A DNA stretch of 53,894 nt from a virus. Its lineage: Duplodnaviria; Caudoviricetes. Location of the stretch: IMG/VR virus record IMGVR_UViG_3300010293_000478, positions 1 to 53,894 of that record; one strand, written 5' to 3'. The notes under the pieces were generated by a model. That model ran no database searches and was not told the DNA's origin. It saw only the letters and a program-made list of their open reading frames with translations. Both the position numbers and the translations under genes were made by a program. This document shows, one piece after another, positions 10,505 to 19,417 of the stretch. Position 1 is the stretch's first letter, and every line of letters begins with the position of its first letter.

Positions 10505-12572
10505 ATTGCTCCACGGTTTGAATTGTTTGGTAAAACTCAAAACACTCGTCATCAACCCAACTTCTTAGTGTATTTCGTTCAGGGTCATTAGTTTCCTTAG
10601 GTATTTTGTGCGTATGTCCTGCAGACATGCCAATATTATGCTTAATGCTTACCGGAAATCCTTTCAAAAGTACCTGAACTTTATCCTCATTACCTTGCCA
10701 TAGTTTGATGTCAAAGTACAGATAATCATCAGGACATACGTTTAGATTAACATCAGAACTTACCGCTGAGCAATGAGCTGAGCAGTGTTCCAGTTGTTTG
10801 AATATATGATAATGATTCTTTAACAGGTAATAGTAACGGGTGCGACCATGACCAATTAAGGCTGGTTTACCTGATATTTCCCAAGCCTTAGTTAATTCCT
10901 CCACGTAAGTCAGCGGGTAGTAATCATCGTCTTCCATGAATATAACCAAGTCCATACCTGCCCGGAAAGCCTCATCACAACCAAGTCTATAACGTTTGGT
11001 TAAGTCCGGTTTATTAGTAAAATTAGACTCATCCTTCAAAATAAGCATATCCGGGGTGCGGGTTTGTCGGGAAAGGCGTGATAATTGAAGTTCTAAAAAA
11101 CCCCGGCGATTGGGGTCACAGGTTGGTATAATAACGGCCACTTTAGTCCGGGCAGTTAAATACCTCTTTATTTTAGCAACCAGTGGTTTATAGGGAGATT
11201 CCCGTAAGTCCAATAAACCATCCTGCTCAAACAACCAACCAACTTTATCACCTTCCCGATAATGACTTCCATGACTTTTTGGTTCACCTTTCTGCCATGC
11301 TTTTTTGCGACGATTAAAAGTCTCCAATCGTTCTACTTTGGGTTTGCAATCTCCGTAATTGACCATAACCCCAGCACCTTGTAATACCACCGGTTCAGGT
11401 ATTTTTATGAAATCCCCTTGCATACTTAATTCCGGGTGGTATTTACTAATCATTATGAACGGGGTCTTACCAATAACTCCATGATGATAATGTAAAGGCA
11501 GGGGCAACCCGGGAACTTCCCCGGTATTCTTAGCACTAAAACACTTTAATGCTATTTGATTATGTCCAGTAAACTGAGCTTCACTAATAGTCCGGAGTAG
11601 TCCGATAGGAAATACGTAATAGAGGTCAGCCGAGCTGTAGATAAACCAATCTGGTTTTTCTTTGCGCAGTGTTTTAATTATTTCCGCTTGTAGCAGCCTC
11701 AAATCAAAAGCACCACCAGTATCAACCCGGTGACTGGCTATGTTATTTTCCTGCAACCATTCCCATGTACCATCATTTGACATATTATCAATGTAGTAAA
11801 CATCAACACCCTGCTGCTTCCAATAAGAAACCATGTCAGGCAGGTATTTAATTTCGTTGAATACAGTGGCAATTGCTAATACCCGGAAAGGTTTCAATTG
11901 CAATTCCTGTAAACTCTTTTTTGGGAAGTGGTTTATAGCACTATCGGGGTTTACATTGATAATCTCTACCCCTAATTTAGCAGCCTTTTCCGCAATGTCA
12001 TCCAATCCGGTACAATGCCCGGCAAATAAGCCACGTTGAATTTGTCTTGACCCATAAGCCCGGTGCCAGTGCTGGTTGCCGGCTGAATCCAATTTCATAT
12101 CAAACCCTAACAGATAAACTTTCTTTACTCCTAAATGAATTGCCAAGTTAATAGCAGCAATTCCGCTGTTATTATTCCAACTAATTGTATTGGAATCCAA
12201 ACACAAACCATACTTAACCGGAGAACGTTTGACCTGCTTAAACCCGGGTAGTGCTTTTTTGAAACCTTTGGCGCAAGTAACTTTGATATTAGGAAATTGG
12301 TGTAGTCCCTCTTTCTCTTTGTCATAAAAACCACGGTCAGCGAAGAATGCCATATCAACCCAAGTGCCGAGTTTATATGACATATTGATACCAATTACAT
12401 GCTCCTGATGTATTTGACCCAAATACGGAGAATAGGCACTTATGTCAGATAATCCCTGCCGGACTTGTTCTACAACGCGATTAGGAATACCAAACACTTT
12501 TGCAAGTGAAGGACCCCCACCAATTATCCAGCAGGAACTATCTTCCCATAAACGTGGTATATCCCAACTCAT
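10488..12572 (-). CDS. Multidomain glycosyltransferase (N-terminal GGGPS domain plus two GT-A/GT2-like domains)
   Basis: IIGGGPS...NSG...YLLGFD (sialyltransferase/Maf-like domain), VFNE...IDNMSNDGT, and VIIPT...FMEDDDYY. Confidence 0.75.
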   Translation of the reverse strand: MSWDIPRLWEDSSCWIIGGGPSLAKVFGIPNRVVEQVRQGLSDISAYSPYLGQIHQEHVIGINMSYKLGTWVDMAFFADRGFYDKEKEGLHQFPNIKVTCAKGFKKALPGFKQVKRSPVKYGLCLDSNTISWNNNSGIAAINLAIHLGVKKVYLLGFDMKLDSAGNQHWHRAYGSRQIQRGLFAGHCTGLDDIAEKAAKLGVEIINVNPDSAINHFPKKSLQELQLKPFRVLAIATVFNEIKYLPDMVSYWKQQGVDVYYIDNMSNDGTWEWLQENNIASHRVDTGGAFDLRLLQAEIIKTLRKEKPDWFIYSSADLYYVFPIGLLRTISEAQFTGHNQIALKCFSAKNTGEVPGLPLPLHYHHGVIGKTPFIMISKYHPELSMQGDFIKIPEPVVLQGAGVMVNYGDCKPKVERLETFNRRKKAWQKGEPKSHGSHYREGDKVGWLFEQDGLLDLRESPYKPLVAKIKRYLTARTKVAVIIPTCDPNRRGFLELQLSRLSRQTRTPDMLILKDESNFTNKPDLTKRYRLGCDEAFRAGMDLVIFMEDDDYYPLTYVEELTKAWEISGKPALIGHGRTRYYYLLKNHYHIFKQLEHCSAHCSAVSSDVNLNVCPDDYLYFDIKLWQGNEDKVQVLLKGFPVSIKHNIGMSAGHTHKIPKETNDPERNTLRSWVDDECFEFYQTIQTVEQYESGS

Positions 12573-12576
12573 GTTT

Positions 12577-12963
12577 TTATGCCTCCAGTAATGAAGTTAA
12601 CAAAGCCTCTGCCTCTGACTTACGAAGGTTCTTTTCGTTGATTTTCTTGCCATCAATGTTGATCACTGTCCACCAACCAACTGCCACCTCTTTAAGTTCG
12701 TAAAGGGGTTTTACCCTCTCCAATTGCTCTACCTTTTTGTTGGCTGCCTCAGCAATCGCCTGAACATCCAAACGAATGACTACGTCACTGAACGCCTTAG
12801 GAATGTCCGATAATTTCGACCGGAAAACCTGATTAGGTTTTATAATCCGTCCGTCAACCAAGCGCATTGACCCTCCTCCAATTTTTTGGAATCTTTCCAA
12901 TGAAGGATCAGTTTCCGGAGGTGCCGGTGGGGCTTGTTGGCTTTTATTCTTAGTTCTTTGCAT
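12577..12963 (-). CDS. Hypothetical protein following the major capsid gene
   Basis: Clean 128-aa ORF in the head operon; starts MQRTK. Confidence 0.6.
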   Translation of the reverse strand: MQRTKNKSQQAPPAPPETDPSLERFQKIGGGSMRLVDGRIIKPNQVFRSKLSDIPKAFSDVVIRLDVQAIAEAANKKVEQLERVKPLYELKEVAVGWWTVINIDGKKINEKNLRKSEAEALLTSLLEA

Positions 12964-13011
12964 TTTTGTTTGATTAAAAATGAAACCATGATTAGGTTTT
13001 CAAATACTTAC

Positions 13012-14097
13012 TTACGCTGAGGCGTGGACAATACCACATTTGTTATTGTCGTCAGCCCTGATCTGTGGCACCTGAATGGTGATGACCTTGTACTTATTAA
13101 TGAAAGTTCCTTCGGTCTGCCATTGGATATTTTGAATACCCATACCGCGCACAATTCTTACCACGTCGGAAGTCATCTGTACTAACAGGACATTACCAGC
13201 AGCAAGGGTATCGTTAACTACCACGGCATTGATATTGGCAATTTTTAGAATCCTTTCACGTACGGTTGTTCCGGGAGTACCGGCGTCGTAATCAACATCG
13301 AGCTTAGTTTCGTAGGCACTCGGTACATAAAGCACATAAGGCCCGTAAAAATGAGCATCAATTGCCTCCTGTTTCATCCTGACAACATCAGCCACAATCT
13401 GAGCACCGGTCAGTCCTGACCATGCCCCAGTTAATGACATGAGGTTTCTGTGAGGGAAATTCAGGTAACTGTAGATACTACCGCCACCAAAACTATAAGA
13501 GGTGTTGGTAAACAACATGTTTTCCAACTTCTCTGCTACTTTCCGGGCAGCCCTTTCAGCACTTGTGGTATCGAGAGGATTGCCAAGTGACCTGCTGGCA
13601 GCAAGTACGCGGGCATTAATCTCGTAATCCACGTGGATGATTGGGATAGGCAGGTAGGTGGTGCCAAACTCCGGACGGTCGCCCTGTCCACGAGTAACTC
13701 CATCCATACTCAACTCAGCCTCCATAGCATCGCTAACCGTATGGCTTTCCAAAACCGTAGTGCCCATAGCATTACCAAGGTTATAAACCAGTCCACGGCT
13801 GATCAAGTCCTGTACGCCATTGAGGCGGGTTTCAGCCACGCCAATAACTGCATCGTCGAGCGCTTTCCATTCATCCCTGCGGAGAACGGTGCCGGTGGAA
13901 TTGATAGCCAACGGTTGTGTAGAGTAACTTTTCGCGTTCTTCGGGTCACCTCCGGTGAATACCGTGATATACACGCGTCCGTCCTTACCAACCCACGGCC
14001 TCATCTTTCCCGGGTCCATTGATCCGTTGACCATCATCTGTTGGGCAACCTGACCCTGCGAAACTCCTTTTCCAATAAAATCCAAAACTGGGTCCAT
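13012..14097 (-). CDS. Major capsid protein (HK97 fold, encapsulin/linocin-like)
   Basis: 361 aa, strong SD, LRRDEWKALD and PIPIIHVDY...GPYVLYV motifs, synteny. Confidence 0.85.
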   Translation of the reverse strand: MDPVLDFIGKGVSQGQVAQQMMVNGSMDPGKMRPWVGKDGRVYITVFTGGDPKNAKSYSTQPLAINSTGTVLRRDEWKALDDAVIGVAETRLNGVQDLISRGLVYNLGNAMGTTVLESHTVSDAMEAELSMDGVTRGQGDRPEFGTTYLPIPIIHVDYEINARVLAASRSLGNPLDTTSAERAARKVAEKLENMLFTNTSYSFGGGSIYSYLNFPHRNLMSLTGAWSGLTGAQIVADVVRMKQEAIDAHFYGPYVLYVPSAYETKLDVDYDAGTPGTTVRERILKIANINAVVVNDTLAAGNVLLVQMTSDVVRIVRGMGIQNIQWQTEGTFINKYKVITIQVPQIRADDNNKCGIVHASA

Positions 14098-14112
14098 TTT
14101 ATCCTCCTTTCG

Positions 14113-14556
14113 TTAAATGATTCGTACTTTAATCCTGAACCCTGTCTCCGGGAATGTCCCACTTGAGCCTGACAAGTCAAGCGCTTCAAGTGCCTGAGCA
14201 ATCGGGTGGTCACTGGAACCAGCCTCTTTTAGAGTACCATCACCGGCGCAAGTAAGGAGGTCCCCTACGGAAACATCCTCGTCCTCTGCCAGCAGGGCGT
14301 AAACTTCCTCACCTCTTTGGGCGATCATTACCTGTACAGGTTCATTGGCAGAATAGGCTGTACCAATTCCACGACCCTGCAACTCGTCCTCCAACGCAAC
14401 CATCGGAATCGCGAAAGCCCCGTCAGCAGTACACTTCTGTACTTTACCATCGGAACGCAATTCCACGAAATGACCGGGAGTGATAGCGGCGTGAGCCGGA
14501 TACTCCGCAATTACGTCGAGGTACTTCTTCAACTTAATGGTGTTTTTTGCCATCAT
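14113..14556 (-). CDS. Capsid decoration / cement protein
   Basis: Between scaffold and capsid genes; AAITPG and VGDLLTCAGDGTLK motifs; strong SD. Confidence 0.7.
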   Translation of the reverse strand: MMAKNTIKLKKYLDVIAEYPAHAAITPGHFVELRSDGKVQKCTADGAFAIPMVALEDELQGRGIGTAYSANEPVQVMIAQRGEEVYALLAEDEDVSVGDLLTCAGDGTLKEAGSSDHPIAQALEALDLSGSSGTFPETGFRIKVRII

Positions 14557-14567
14557 TTACCTCCTTC

Positions 14568-15980
14568 TTATTGAGCTGCTACTCCCGGAGGTAGCAAAAC
14601 CTCGTCAGTACCAGCAGTGTTAACATTGAATCCCCCGGCTGATAAGGTGTAATCCCCGTCAACCTTCGTAACAGATTTTGCCAGCTTTTCCAGCATTGGC
14701 GTTCCCATGACCTCCAACTCCTCTTTCGTCCAAGCGTCAGCGGTGTTAGTCATGATAGTAGTCACCATAGCATTACGACGTGCCTGATGTAGGGTCAGAC
14801 CGGATTGAAATTGATCTTTCATCTCTGCGGGAAGCAGGTTGATAAAATCCTCCGGTGTTTTAAGGCTGTTTTTCAAGGCTTGTTGAGCCTGAGCAACGAC
14901 CTGTTCAGTGTTGACCTGTGGTTCCACGGTAACCGGTTCCAGTTTTGCCAACTGGTTATCATCCAATCCCATGAGAAACTCACGGTCTGCCTCGTCAAAA
15001 CGGGTAGCCTGATTATTAATCAAAGCATCCACGCGTGACTCTTTGCATTTCGTCATTTTTGATCCTCCTTTATTAGTTCTTACAAATGAATTAACCGCGA
15101 GGTATTCCACTTTCCGTTTTACCTTCTGTGGATCACCTACATTGGACACCGTCCCCTCCTCATATTCGTACATTTGCCGCCACAACTGGGTCTCTTGTCC
15201 CTGTTTAGCCTGCTCGTATACATAATAGTCAGGTCCGACATCCAACAGATAATGGTAAAGACCATCCCGGTCTTGCGTGTACAATTGTTTCCTAACCTCG
15301 TCAATCTGACCCATCAAAGAAACATTGTTAAGTAGGGTTAAGGCAATACCCTCCCGACGAATAACGTCAGAAATTGCCTGCAAAGTTTGGAGTTGTTGTC
15401 CTTCCATTGAAGTTTCCTCCTCTTGTTGGTGATTTACTCGTATTCCGCATCCATCATCCCACGAACAAGCCCCCTGCTCGCCGGGCAGTAAAGCAAGGTG
15501 ATCCGGTCTGTAGTTTTTGGCAACTGCTAAATACTCCTCATTGTTCCACGTGCCCTGACTTTCTTCATCATCAGAAAACACGCCCACGCTTACCTCCAAG
15601 TGACGCCCCTGCGTTATATAGGCGCTCACTGTAGGAAACTGGTTCTTTAACTTATCCTTATTCAACCACGCCTCAGCTTTCAACTTAGACCCGTCCATAT
15701 AGGTGTTGTAAATAACCCCTATGTTTTTAGGGACCTGCTGCAAACTATTGGCAGATATGAAGTTCCCGGACTCGTCAGTTGGGTGGGTCACCGTGACCGG
15801 AATACCATTCCAACTTGCTTCGTATTTACCTAACTCATCAGCAAGGTGTAGGACAGGACCCCTGCTACCGGAATGAACGCCCTCAACCATCATAACCACG
15901 GGAACAACCACGTAGTCAACCCCGTTGAGTTTCTCCACCCTGACTGAGTAATTGGTTTGTTTATTACTTTGAATTTTCAT
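14568..15980 (-). CDS. Prohead protease-scaffold fusion (DUF2213-like), with probable nested scaffold start at 15056
   Basis: PVTVTHP, EVSVG and PDHLALL...GACS motifs; internal AAAGGAGG-N6-ATG. Confidence 0.8.
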   Translation of the reverse strand: MKIQSNKQTNYSVRVEKLNGVDYVVVPVVMMVEGVHSGSRGPVLHLADELGKYEASWNGIPVTVTHPTDESGNFISANSLQQVPKNIGVIYNTYMDGSKLKAEAWLNKDKLKNQFPTVSAYITQGRHLEVSVGVFSDDEESQGTWNNEEYLAVAKNYRPDHLALLPGEQGACSWDDGCGIRVNHQQEEETSMEGQQLQTLQAISDVIRREGIALTLLNNVSLMGQIDEVRKQLYTQDRDGLYHYLLDVGPDYYVYEQAKQGQETQLWRQMYEYEEGTVSNVGDPQKVKRKVEYLAVNSFVRTNKGGSKMTKCKESRVDALINNQATRFDEADREFLMGLDDNQLAKLEPVTVEPQVNTEQVVAQAQQALKNSLKTPEDFINLLPAEMKDQFQSGLTLHQARRNAMVTTIMTNTADAWTKEELEVMGTPMLEKLAKSVTKVDGDYTLSAGGFNVNTAGTDEVLLPPGVAAQ

Positions 15981-16087
15981 CCCTTTTTTTGTTTTTGATT
16001 CTTTTCATTTGAGGCTCCGGCCTGTTCTTTTTACGGACAGCCCTGATCCAATCCTCGTTGTGGTTATCATCTTCTAATTCAACTGAT

Positions 16088-16306
16088 TTACTCCCTTGCC
16101 CTCTCATAAACAATAGTATTTTGTTGATCATCCCTAATAGTTAAGTGCTTATCCTCCCCGGAGAGTATATCATTTGGTATATTATCCGGGTAGGCCTTAC
16201 AATAGTAGCGCTCTGTAGACTCATCTCCATCATTTTTAACACCAATGAAGAATTTACACTTTCTTTTATAACATATTGGTTCTGCCAGCATTTTTTTACA
16301 AATCAA
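16088..16306 (-). CDS. Small Cys-rich protein downstream of MuF
   Basis: CKFF...CKAYPDNIP...H motif; overlaps the MuF stop. Confidence 0.55.
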   Translation of the reverse strand: MICKKMLAEPICYKRKCKFFIGVKNDGDESTERYYCKAYPDNIPNDILSGEDKHLTIRDDQQNTIVYERARE

Positions 16307-17966
16307 TTCGTTTAGTAATCATTGATTCCACTAATTTTTCAATATTTTCCGGTAAATCCCCCTTTTTATACAGAGGACTTGTATAGGCGCAAAAAGCCTC
16401 AGCAAATGCCTCATACTGATCAGTTGAAGCATACACACTAATTTTTCTATCAAAGAAACTTGGATTTTTTTTGAGAGCATCCATACAAAAATCACGCCAT
16501 GGTTTTTTTGTGTCAAACTTCATAATCGACAAATGTACATAATGACCGAACTCATGCCGAAAAGAACCAGCATAATCGTTAGATACATTATGGGCGGTGC
16601 CAATATTTAAGGTGGGAGTTGAGCGCACCAATGGTTTGTTTCCCATAGAAATTAGGCGGGTGCGAGTATTATACTGGGCTAAAGTATTGACATTATTAAA
16701 AGTAGAACCTATTTCAAAAAGCACCCCTCCGGAGTAACCCTTTTTCATAACCATTTTTGCCAAAGTAGGGTTATTTTTATACATATGACTTAATTCCCTA
16801 CCTATAACATTAAGACGGACTATTTCCGAGTTTCCAAATTTGGAAACTTGTCGTTTAGTCATGTCACTCCTTACATTATACTTAGTTTGTAATTGGTCCA
16901 ATAACGAATCAACTGTATCCGACTCCTCCCAATCATACTGAGACGCGTCGTTCCAGTCAACCCCACCACCGGTTTTCTTTTTCTTCACCGGGGTCACATC
17001 CAATGGCAAAGCTATACACCGGCACTGAGGATGGACTGGTATTAAGTTTTTGACATCCTTCAAACTAAACTCCTTACCATGCAAACTGGCACAAACCGAA
17101 CAAACCTGACCATCCTCTACTGTGGCAAACTCAGCCTTAATCGTAACGCCTTCCAACGCCCAATTCTCATACTCCTGAACCATTCCCCGATGGTGACCAC
17201 GAATAACTTCTGTCCGCGCCAATATGGTTGCCCGACGTTTAGCCGGTATGAATCTTCCTAACGAATCGGACATGCTCAAATCACCACCGCCAATAGTTTG
17301 GTTTAACTTCCGGGCTAATAAAGCAGGACCATCACCATCCAATAAACCCTGAGCAAGTACCCGACTTATCTGCGTATCCATTTGACTGGTGATACCTTTC
17401 AATTCACTAAACACCCGGGAATAAACAACACCAGCCCTGTCCAAATGAAAAGGAGTTGCCATTACTGAATCAATACCCCCACTCTCTGTCAAATTAGGTA
17501 CATTGTAGCCAGCCTTTCCCATTTCATACCGGGCACGCTGGACACCTCTCTTGTAGGAATCCTGTAAGTATAGGTTGGTCCATGGTTCTTCTATTGCCAC
17601 CCCCCACTGTTGAGCCTGACCCACTTGTAATATGTCATTGTTAATCTGCTCCTGCAACCAATTCATGAAGGCCTCCACTTTGTCTGAGTTACGCGTAAAT
17701 GTGAATGCCCGAGGTTGTACATATAAACTCATTTTAAAGGCTTGTAACGAACTTTCGTTAGTTGCCTGCCCCTTTATACCAAAAACATCCAGATCTACTA
17801 TTACAACCTTTATTTTGCGCTGTAGAACCGAAAAACGACGCTTCATTTCATTGGCAAAGGCATTACGCAGGGAAGTAGTCCGGGTTGGATCATACTTCTC
17901 CGCCCGGTAAACCTTTAGAATACCGACCGGTTGCGTAAACTTATATGCCTTTAATACCATACTCAT
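16296..17966 (-). CDS. MuF/SPP1 gp7-like minor head protein with C-terminal zinc metallopeptidase domain
   Basis: LARTE, CSVC and PVHPQCRC (MuF); C-terminal HEFGH and YAST...EAFAEAF. Confidence 0.85.
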   Translation of the reverse strand: MSMVLKAYKFTQPVGILKVYRAEKYDPTRTTSLRNAFANEMKRRFSVLQRKIKVVIVDLDVFGIKGQATNESSLQAFKMSLYVQPRAFTFTRNSDKVEAFMNWLQEQINNDILQVGQAQQWGVAIEEPWTNLYLQDSYKRGVQRARYEMGKAGYNVPNLTESGGIDSVMATPFHLDRAGVVYSRVFSELKGITSQMDTQISRVLAQGLLDGDGPALLARKLNQTIGGGDLSMSDSLGRFIPAKRRATILARTEVIRGHHRGMVQEYENWALEGVTIKAEFATVEDGQVCSVCASLHGKEFSLKDVKNLIPVHPQCRCIALPLDVTPVKKKKTGGGVDWNDASQYDWEESDTVDSLLDQLQTKYNVRSDMTKRQVSKFGNSEIVRLNVIGRELSHMYKNNPTLAKMVMKKGYSGGVLFEIGSTFNNVNTLAQYNTRTRLISMGNKPLVRSTPTLNIGTAHNVSNDYAGSFRHEFGHYVHLSIMKFDTKKPWRDFCMDALKKNPSFFDRKISVYASTDQYEAFAEAFCAYTSPLYKKGDLPENIEKLVESMITKRIDL

Positions 17967-19417
17967 TACTTAGTCCTTTTCATTGTGGCTATTTCCTGCT
18001 CATCCTCTTGTTCCTGCTCATCCTCTTGTTCCTGCCCCTCCTCTTGTTCTTCCAATCCCTCATCCTCTTGTTCCTGCTCATCCTCACCCTCTGACCAATC
18101 ATCCTTCATTGCTGCCTCCATCATAGTATTGATTAAATCAATTTCATGACGTGACATTCCTAAAAAGTACTCAAAAAATGCTTCCGGTGGTACAATTTCA
18201 GTAGCAAGGGGTTGACTTACATACTCTTTCAATGCAGTTGCCCGAATCCTTCCAGTCTCTGCCCTGTCCTTATCCTTCACGTTAGTCAGGTCTGACCATT
18301 TTAAGGCATACTCAACCTCATACGTAGTTATTGCCTTGACCAACCTCAATCTGTCAATGAAAGGATGTACAATAACAGCCTCTACCAGTTCTTCCCGGCG
18401 AGTTTGTATATAGCTATTCCATTGATCGGTGTCCTGATCACTTGACAATTCGCCACGCTCTGATCCTACTAATATTCTTTTAGGAATGCCGGTTGCTGCA
18501 GAAATCATCTGTATTTGTATCTCCACGTGGTTCAGGGGGTCGGATACCTGAGTTTCTAAACTACTAACGGTCATGCCCTGATTCATAAGAAACCGGCGTA
18601 AACCATTCTCATATTCATCCAATTGTGTACGAAACGCCTCCTCATCTGCCGGGGTCATTTGAAACTCAGGATCAACCTTAGCATCGTACCCGGGTCTTGC
18701 GCCTTTCCAAAACATCTCAGCACTGCCGCCCGTCAGCTTCTCAATATCTTCCAACCGGTTAAACACCTTTTTGAGAATTGGTGTTCCATTGATTGTATCT
18801 TTCAAACAATTGTACGCCACATGAATTACCCGGGAATAATGCACCTCTACCGTTTTGGATTCGCCCATAGTAGTAAAAGTCAAATGGTAAGTCTGTGGCA
18901 GACCATACCGGGCACTGCTGGTGTTCTTATCCCACGTAGCAATTGTGGCTGTTAGTTGGGAGAATGGTTTCACATATAGTAAGGAACTACCAATCGTTAC
19001 CGGTTTATCATAAGTATCCATCTTCGCGTCTGAAAACCCGAGGTATAGCACAGAATATTCACCAATACAGGCCAATTTATCCAACCGAATGAAATTATCT
19101 TTTAACTTGAGTTTCTTAACCAACCCTTTCCAATCCTTCTCAAACGGGGTATCCTTAACATCATCCGACTCAACAACCATTAAATCCCCTTTCCAAGTCC
19201 GCTCAACCGGTCGGTCAACAATAGCACTGGCAATATCCAAACGCTCATACTTTAACCAATAGTCATCAAACACCAAGTCTTGTTTGTAACCAAGGGTTGT
19301 ATATAAGTCACGCTTTCCATTAAACGACATTCCCATTTGTCGGGCTAATGTAGAGCGTCGTAATAGCTCACCAGCCATCATAATTGCTAACTCTTTATTT
19401 GATGTCGTTCTTTTCAT
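17966..19417 (-). CDS. Portal protein (DUF1073-like) with acidic repeat tail
   Basis: After TerL; VHYSRVIH and TGIPKRILVG motifs; EDEQEQ repeats at the C-terminus. Confidence 0.85.
   Translation of the reverse strand: MKRTTSNKELAIMMAGELLRRSTLARQMGMSFNGKRDLYTTLGYKQDLVFDDYWLKYERLDIASAIVDRPVERTWKGDLMVVESDDVKDTPFEKDWKGLVKKLKLKDNFIRLDKLACIGEYSVLYLGFSDAKMDTYDKPVTIGSSLLYVKPFSQLTATIATWDKNTSSARYGLPQTYHLTFTTMGESKTVEVHYSRVIHVAYNCLKDTINGTPILKKVFNRLEDIEKLTGGSAEMFWKGARPGYDAKVDPEFQMTPADEEAFRTQLDEYENGLRRFLMNQGMTVSSLETQVSDPLNHVEIQIQMISAATGIPKRILVGSERGELSSDQDTDQWNSYIQTRREELVEAVIVHPFIDRLRLVKAITTYEVEYALKWSDLTNVKDKDRAETGRIRATALKEYVSQPLATEIVPPEAFFEYFLGMSRHEIDLINTMMEAAMKDDWSEGEDEQEQEDEGLEEQEEGQEQEDEQEQEDEQEIATMKRTK

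Noticed and set aside
13012-14097. Encapsulin nanocompartment or bacteriocin
   Set aside because: It sits in a terminase-portal-protease-capsid operon, so it is the major capsid protein.
15964-16107. 47-aa minus-strand ORF between the MuF partner and the protease
   Set aside because: Short, overlaps both neighbours and has no supporting motif; left uncalled.
17995-18090. 18-bp tandem repeats at the portal 3' end as a DNA element
   Set aside because: They are in frame and encode an acidic EDEQEQ tail.
17966-19417. Anti-CBASS Acb1 annotation sometimes given to this family
   Set aside because: Size and position fit a portal, and no pair of HxT phosphoesterase motifs is visible.
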